Below, piece after piece: positions 60,005-64,000 of a stretch of 64,000 bases of DNA; position 1 is the stretch's first letter, and each line of letters starts with the position of its first letter. Below the pieces are notes generated by a model that saw nothing but the letters and a program-made list of their open reading frames with translations, made no database searches and was not told the DNA's origin. The position numbers and the translations under genes were made by a program. The stretch is from positions 2,400,001 to 2,464,000 of the forward strand of contig CBDCSU010000006.1 in assembly GCA_965221775.1 (NCBI GenBank). Direction: 5' to 3'. Source of the DNA: Candidatus Latescibacterota bacterium. Lineage in GTDB: Bacteria > Latescibacterota > UBA2968 > UBA8231.

Positions 60005-61762
60005 ATGAATAGAGACACACCACGCCGTCCTCCCCTGCCATCCCTCCTTCGAGCCGTAGTTCTCCTGGCCCTGGCCGCCACTGCGGCGGCATCGCAGACG
60101 GAGTTCCCTTATGTCGCCGGCACCGACAGCAACGGCTGGGCGCAGGCGGTAAGCAATGCCGCTGGCCGAGTGCTGATCGAGTCGGCGGAGGTACCCCGTG
60201 GCCTGTGGGTGGACCTGATGGATGAAGGAGGGCAGCCGCTGGCCGGCATCCAGGTCGAGCACGAGGGCCATGGCTTCCTTGGCGCCGGTCTCGAATACTG
60301 GGTGATCCTTCGCTTCGTCGATCCGGCGGGGCTGCGTCAGGAGGTGCTGCTGTGGACTCTCGCACGGAGCGGCACATCCTACACCACGGTTGACGACGTA
60401 GATCCCCTGCTCCTGGAGCTCGGACCTGTAGAGCCCGTGGACCTGCCGCCGGGGCTGGCCTCCATTGAGTGGAGGATTGACTCAGGCGTGTATCTGGAGA
60501 ACTCAAGCCGGCTGGCGGGCTGGGGTGCAGTGGAGGCCTTTCTGCAGGAGCGGTGGAAGGGGCAGGGAGGGCGGGCCGTGGTCAAACTGGGGTTACCCGG
60601 AGCAGAGCGAGACGGCCGTGCCATCGGTGTCGATCTGGATCGGGTGGACGCCTTGGAGACCCTGATGAAACACTTGGAGGGAACGTATCAGCCCGTGACC
60701 GGACCCTTGGCGTCCCTGCCTCTCTTCTTCACCGCACGTGGAAGGAGCATCGCCTCCTGGAGAAAAGGGGTGTTTCTTGGTGTCTCTCCGTTTGAGGACG
60801 AGTCGCTGGACTACGCGTTATACCTGCGTCACCTGGACTCCATTGAGAAAATCACTTCCCTTGATAGCCTCAGAGCATTCAATTCAGGGGTCCATAGTCT
60901 GGCCGGTGTGGAGCACCTGGTCAACCTGGCATACCTGGACCTGGAAAAGAACGATGTTGTCGATTTGAGCCCGCTGGTACCTCTGATCAACTTGAGGTGG
61001 CTGTCACTACTTGAGAACGAGATCGTCGATGTGGGTCCCTTGGCCGCCTTGACCAAACTGGAACGACTGGACTTGGGAAAGAACCGGATCGTCGATGTGG
61101 GTCCCTTGACCGCCCTGACAAAGTTGAAGGTACTGTCCCTGTGGCAGAACCGGATCGTCGATGTGAGCCTGGCCTCCCTGACCAACTTGGAAAGGCTGTA
61201 CCTATCGAGCAACCGGATCGTCGACCTGGATCCCTTGGCCGCCTTGACCAAGTTGGCAGTACTGCAGCTGGTGGACAACGGGATCGTCGATGTGGGTCCC
61301 CTGGCCGCTCTGACCAACCTGAAAAGGCTGTGGCTGGCGAAAAACGAGATCGTCGACCTGAGCCCCTTGGCCTCCCTGAGCCGCTTGGAACGGCTGGACC
61401 TGTGGGGGAACGGGATCGTCGATGTGGGTCCCTTGGCCTCTCTGACCAGCTTGGACACGCTGAGTCTGGCTTACGCCCGGATCGTCGACCTGAGTCCTCT
61501 GGCCGGCCTGACCGGCTTGAAAGAGCTGGACCTGTCGGGCAACCGAATCGTCGACCTGAGTCCTCTTGCTTCCTTGGCCAGCCTGGAACACCTGGACCTG
61601 CAAAGAAACAGAATCCACGACATCAGTTCCCTTGTCGCCAACGCCGGCCTGGGTAAGGGTGACTATGTGAATCTGTGGTATAACCAGCTCGATCTCGATG
61701 ACCAGGCCGTCAAGGAACAGATCGCCACCCTGAAGGCCAGAGGTGTACGCGTCTACTACTGA
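60005..61762 (+). CDS. Secreted internalin-like leucine-rich repeat protein 2
   Basis: Paralog of LRR1 (QTEFP..GTD, GLWV..DE.GQ.LAGI); about twelve LRRs. Confidence 0.9.
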   Translation: MNRDTPRRPPLPSLLRAVVLLALAATAAASQTEFPYVAGTDSNGWAQAVSNAAGRVLIESAEVPRGLWVDLMDEGGQPLAGIQVEHEGHGFLGAGLEYWVILRFVDPAGLRQEVLLWTLARSGTSYTTVDDVDPLLLELGPVEPVDLPPGLASIEWRIDSGVYLENSSRLAGWGAVEAFLQERWKGQGGRAVVKLGLPGAERDGRAIGVDLDRVDALETLMKHLEGTYQPVTGPLASLPLFFTARGRSIASWRKGVFLGVSPFEDESLDYALYLRHLDSIEKITSLDSLRAFNSGVHSLAGVEHLVNLAYLDLEKNDVVDLSPLVPLINLRWLSLLENEIVDVGPLAALTKLERLDLGKNRIVDVGPLTALTKLKVLSLWQNRIVDVSLASLTNLERLYLSSNRIVDLDPLAALTKLAVLQLVDNGIVDVGPLAALTNLKRLWLAKNEIVDLSPLASLSRLERLDLWGNGIVDVGPLASLTSLDTLSLAYARIVDLSPLAGLTGLKELDLSGNRIVDLSPLASLASLEHLDLQRNRIHDISSLVANAGLGKGDYVNLWYNQLDLDDQAVKEQIATLKARGVRVYY

Positions 61763-61797
61763 CCTCCGCCGTCCCCTCCTGCCAAAGGAGCCCCGCC

Positions 61798-64000
61798 ATG
61801 CACCTTCGACTCATCCTCCTCACCGCCCTGCTGCTGACCCCGCTGCCCGCCCTCGGCATCGGCTATGTGTACACCGGCGTGGGCGACGACGGCCGCCAGC
61901 ATCTGGAGCTGTCGTCGGTCACGGTGGAGGTGCGCATCGACGAGCGGGTGGCGCGCACGCGCACCGACCAGATCTTCACCAACCACGCGGAGTGGGAGGT
62001 GGAGGGGATCTACGAGTTCACCCTGCCCGAGGGGGCGATCATCACCGACCTGGTGCTGTGGATCGGGGACAAGCGGGTGCAGGGGCTGATCATGGAGAAG
62101 GAGGAGGCGCGGCAGGTCTACGACGACATCGTGCGCCAGCGGATCGACCCGGCCCTGATCGAACAGGTGACGCCGAACCAGTTCCGGCTGAGCATCTTCC
62201 CCTTCCCGGCCCAGGGCAGCCGCCGGGTGGAGTTCGAGTACATGCAGCTGCTCGACGCGCGCAACGGCCGCATCGACTACACCTTCCCGCTGGCGCCGGA
62301 GACCGACCAGGCGCTGCAGATGGAGCTGTTCGTGCTGCGCGCCCACGTGCGCAGCCAGCACGCATTTGAGGCGACCACTTCAGGCCTGCCGCGGATCACC
62401 GAGGTGGACCGGCCGGATGCGCACACGGCGAACGTGTTCTACGGCGACGAGGACCTGACGCCGCGGGAGGACTTCACCCTCAGCCTGCAGCGGACCGGGG
62501 ATCTGCTGCTGCCGACGGTGCTCAGCTTCGCGCCGGAGGAGGACGAGGCCCTGGGCTACTACGCCCTGTGGCTGCCGCCGCTGCCGGAGCTGACCGATGA
62601 GGGCCCGCTGCCGCGCAGCCTGACCTTCGTCATCGACATCTCGTCGAGCATGCAGCGGGGCAAGCTGGGGGCGGTGAAGGGGGCGCTGGTGGCGGCGCTG
62701 GAGAATCTGGTGGAGAAGGACCTGTTCAACATCGTCGTCTTCAGCCACCGGGCCGACGCCTTCGCCGCGGCGCCGGTGCCGGCCAGCGCGTCGAACAGGG
62801 AGTCGGCGGCGGCCTTCATCAACCGGCAGGACGCGTTGGGGGTGAGCAACTTCGAGGCGGGTCTCGGAAGGGCGATGCAACAGGCTTTCCCCGCCGGGCG
62901 GGTGAACCACGTCATCTTCCTCACCGACGGCCTGCCGAACATCGGCGAGATCGAGCTGGAGCCGCTGAGCGAGTTGGTGGGGCAGTGGTCGGGGGGGAAA
63001 GCGCGGCTGTTCACCATCGGCGTCGGCCGCGACGTGGACCAGAACTTCCTGACGGCGCTGGCCGAGGAGCACGGCGGGGAGGCTCACTTCCTGTCGGAGG
63101 AGGGGGACATCGAGGAGGCGCTGCGGGTGCTGTTCGAGGAGTTCACCTTCCCGGTGCTGCTGGTGGACGAGCTGTCCTTCGGCTCGGCGGACATCCATGA
63201 CGTGCATCCCCGGGGCGTGGAGGCCCTGGCCGCGGGGCGGGAACTGTTCCAGGTGGGCCGCTACCAGCAGGGCGGGCTCTTCACCCTGAGCGTGAGCGGC
63301 CAAGTGGGGGACCGGGACGTGTCGAAGGACTTTTCCCTGGAGTTCACCCATACCGACGTTTCCCTGGAATTGTTGCCTCGATTGTGGGCCTACCAGAAGG
63401 TGCTGGCCCTGGAGGAGCAGATCGCCCGCTTCGGCCCCGAGCCGGAGCTGCTCGACGACATCCTGGCCCTGGGGCTCGACTACCGCCTGGTGACCCGGCG
63501 CACGTCCCTCTTTGCCCCGGACGAGGGCGTGGAGGTCAACCCCGAGCCGCGGGACGGGGAGCCTTCCTGGGCCCCCACGGCGGTGGAGGAGACGGGACAG
63601 ACCGCCCACTGGCTGGGCCGCGACTTCGTCCTGCAGGATGACATCTGGATCGACATGGCCTACGAGCCCGGGATGCCGAGGCAGCTCTACGAGGGCCTGG
63701 CCCGTCAGCCCGCGGAACTGGCCGCCTTCGCCCAACTGGGCCAGGCCATGCTGGTGGTGTTGGAGGAGCGGGCCTGGGAGATCCTCCCCGGCCGCCCGAT
63801 CCTGCACCAGAACGCGCCCAACCCCTTCAACGCCTCCACCGTGATCCGCTTCCTGGTTCCCGTGGGACTGGGTGACGCGGAGGTCCGCCTGAGGATCTAC
63901 AACCTGAGTGGACAGGTGGTGCGGGAGCTGCAGTTGGATGCCCCCGGGGCCGGCGAGCACCGCCTGTCCTGGGACGGCCGCGACGAGTTCGGCCGGGAGG
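61798..64000 (+). CDS. Secreted VIT + vWA protein with FlgD-Ig tail (runs off window end)
   Basis: AAAGGAG RBS; VIT-like EGIYEFTLPEGA..DPALIE; MIDAS DISSSM, LTDG, GVG; QNAPNPFN. Confidence 0.88.
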   Translation, partial: MHLRLILLTALLLTPLPALGIGYVYTGVGDDGRQHLELSSVTVEVRIDERVARTRTDQIFTNHAEWEVEGIYEFTLPEGAIITDLVLWIGDKRVQGLIMEKEEARQVYDDIVRQRIDPALIEQVTPNQFRLSIFPFPAQGSRRVEFEYMQLLDARNGRIDYTFPLAPETDQALQMELFVLRAHVRSQHAFEATTSGLPRITEVDRPDAHTANVFYGDEDLTPREDFTLSLQRTGDLLLPTVLSFAPEEDEALGYYALWLPPLPELTDEGPLPRSLTFVIDISSSMQRGKLGAVKGALVAALENLVEKDLFNIVVFSHRADAFAAAPVPASASNRESAAAFINRQDALGVSNFEAGLGRAMQQAFPAGRVNHVIFLTDGLPNIGEIELEPLSELVGQWSGGKARLFTIGVGRDVDQNFLTALAEEHGGEAHFLSEEGDIEEALRVLFEEFTFPVLLVDELSFGSADIHDVHPRGVEALAAGRELFQVGRYQQGGLFTLSVSGQVGDRDVSKDFSLEFTHTDVSLELLPRLWAYQKVLALEEQIARFGPEPELLDDILALGLDYRLVTRRTSLFAPDEGVEVNPEPRDGEPSWAPTAVEETGQTAHWLGRDFVLQDDIWIDMAYEPGMPRQLYEGLARQPAELAAFAQLGQAMLVVLEERAWEILPGRPILHQNAPNPFNASTVIRFLVPVGLGDAEVRLRIYNLSGQVVRELQLDAPGAGEHRLSWDGRDEFGRE

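Noticed and set aside
58930-61620. CRISPR array
   Set aside because: The 66-bp period is in frame and encodes LRRs; no unique spacers or cas genes.

Overview
A very GC-rich bacterial window with two parts. The gene content (secreted proteins ending in NPFN/FlgD-Ig domains, internalin-like LRR proteins, PhyH dioxygenases) resembles Latescibacterota/Gemmatimonadota host-associated genomes; this is inference only. (1) About 1-23,787 is the right-hand part of an integrated plasmid/phage-like element ending in a 20-bp tRNA-Leu-like 3' end (att). It carries a Toprim primase-helicase, a ParA/ParG-type partition pair, a cargo TonB-dependent receptor and a ~3 kb repeat-rich, mostly non-coding origin-like region with a dif-like site. 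It also carries an ~12 kb co-directional array of ~25 small phage-like genes. The array is punctuated at gene junctions by two well-formed hammerhead ribozymes (type I at 12.3 kb, type II at 15.5 kb) and four degenerate hammerhead-like modules with a shared CTCTCAC-RBS leader. This ribozyme-punctuated gene array is the strongest candidate for an undescribed system. An IS1595-family element carrying a toxin-antitoxin pair and a lipoprotein interrupts one array gene. (2) About 23,850-64,000 is mostly chromosomal: an M9 collagenase-WD40 secreted protein, yfbR, mfd, two PPIases, nrnA, argF, moaC, a very divergent isocitrate-dehydrogenase-like protein, CIRCE-controlled solo groEL, a selenocysteine (UGA) peroxiredoxin-like gene with a SECIS-like hairpin, cysK plus a YeiH exporter, a DUF455/ATP-grasp-like fusion with PhzF, catabolic enzymes, and a tandemly duplicated LRR/VIT-vWA locus. 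Several 1-2 nt frameshifts, including one in cysK, suggest sequencing indels, so pseudogene calls are tentative. All family calls are by-eye motif recognition; no searches were run.
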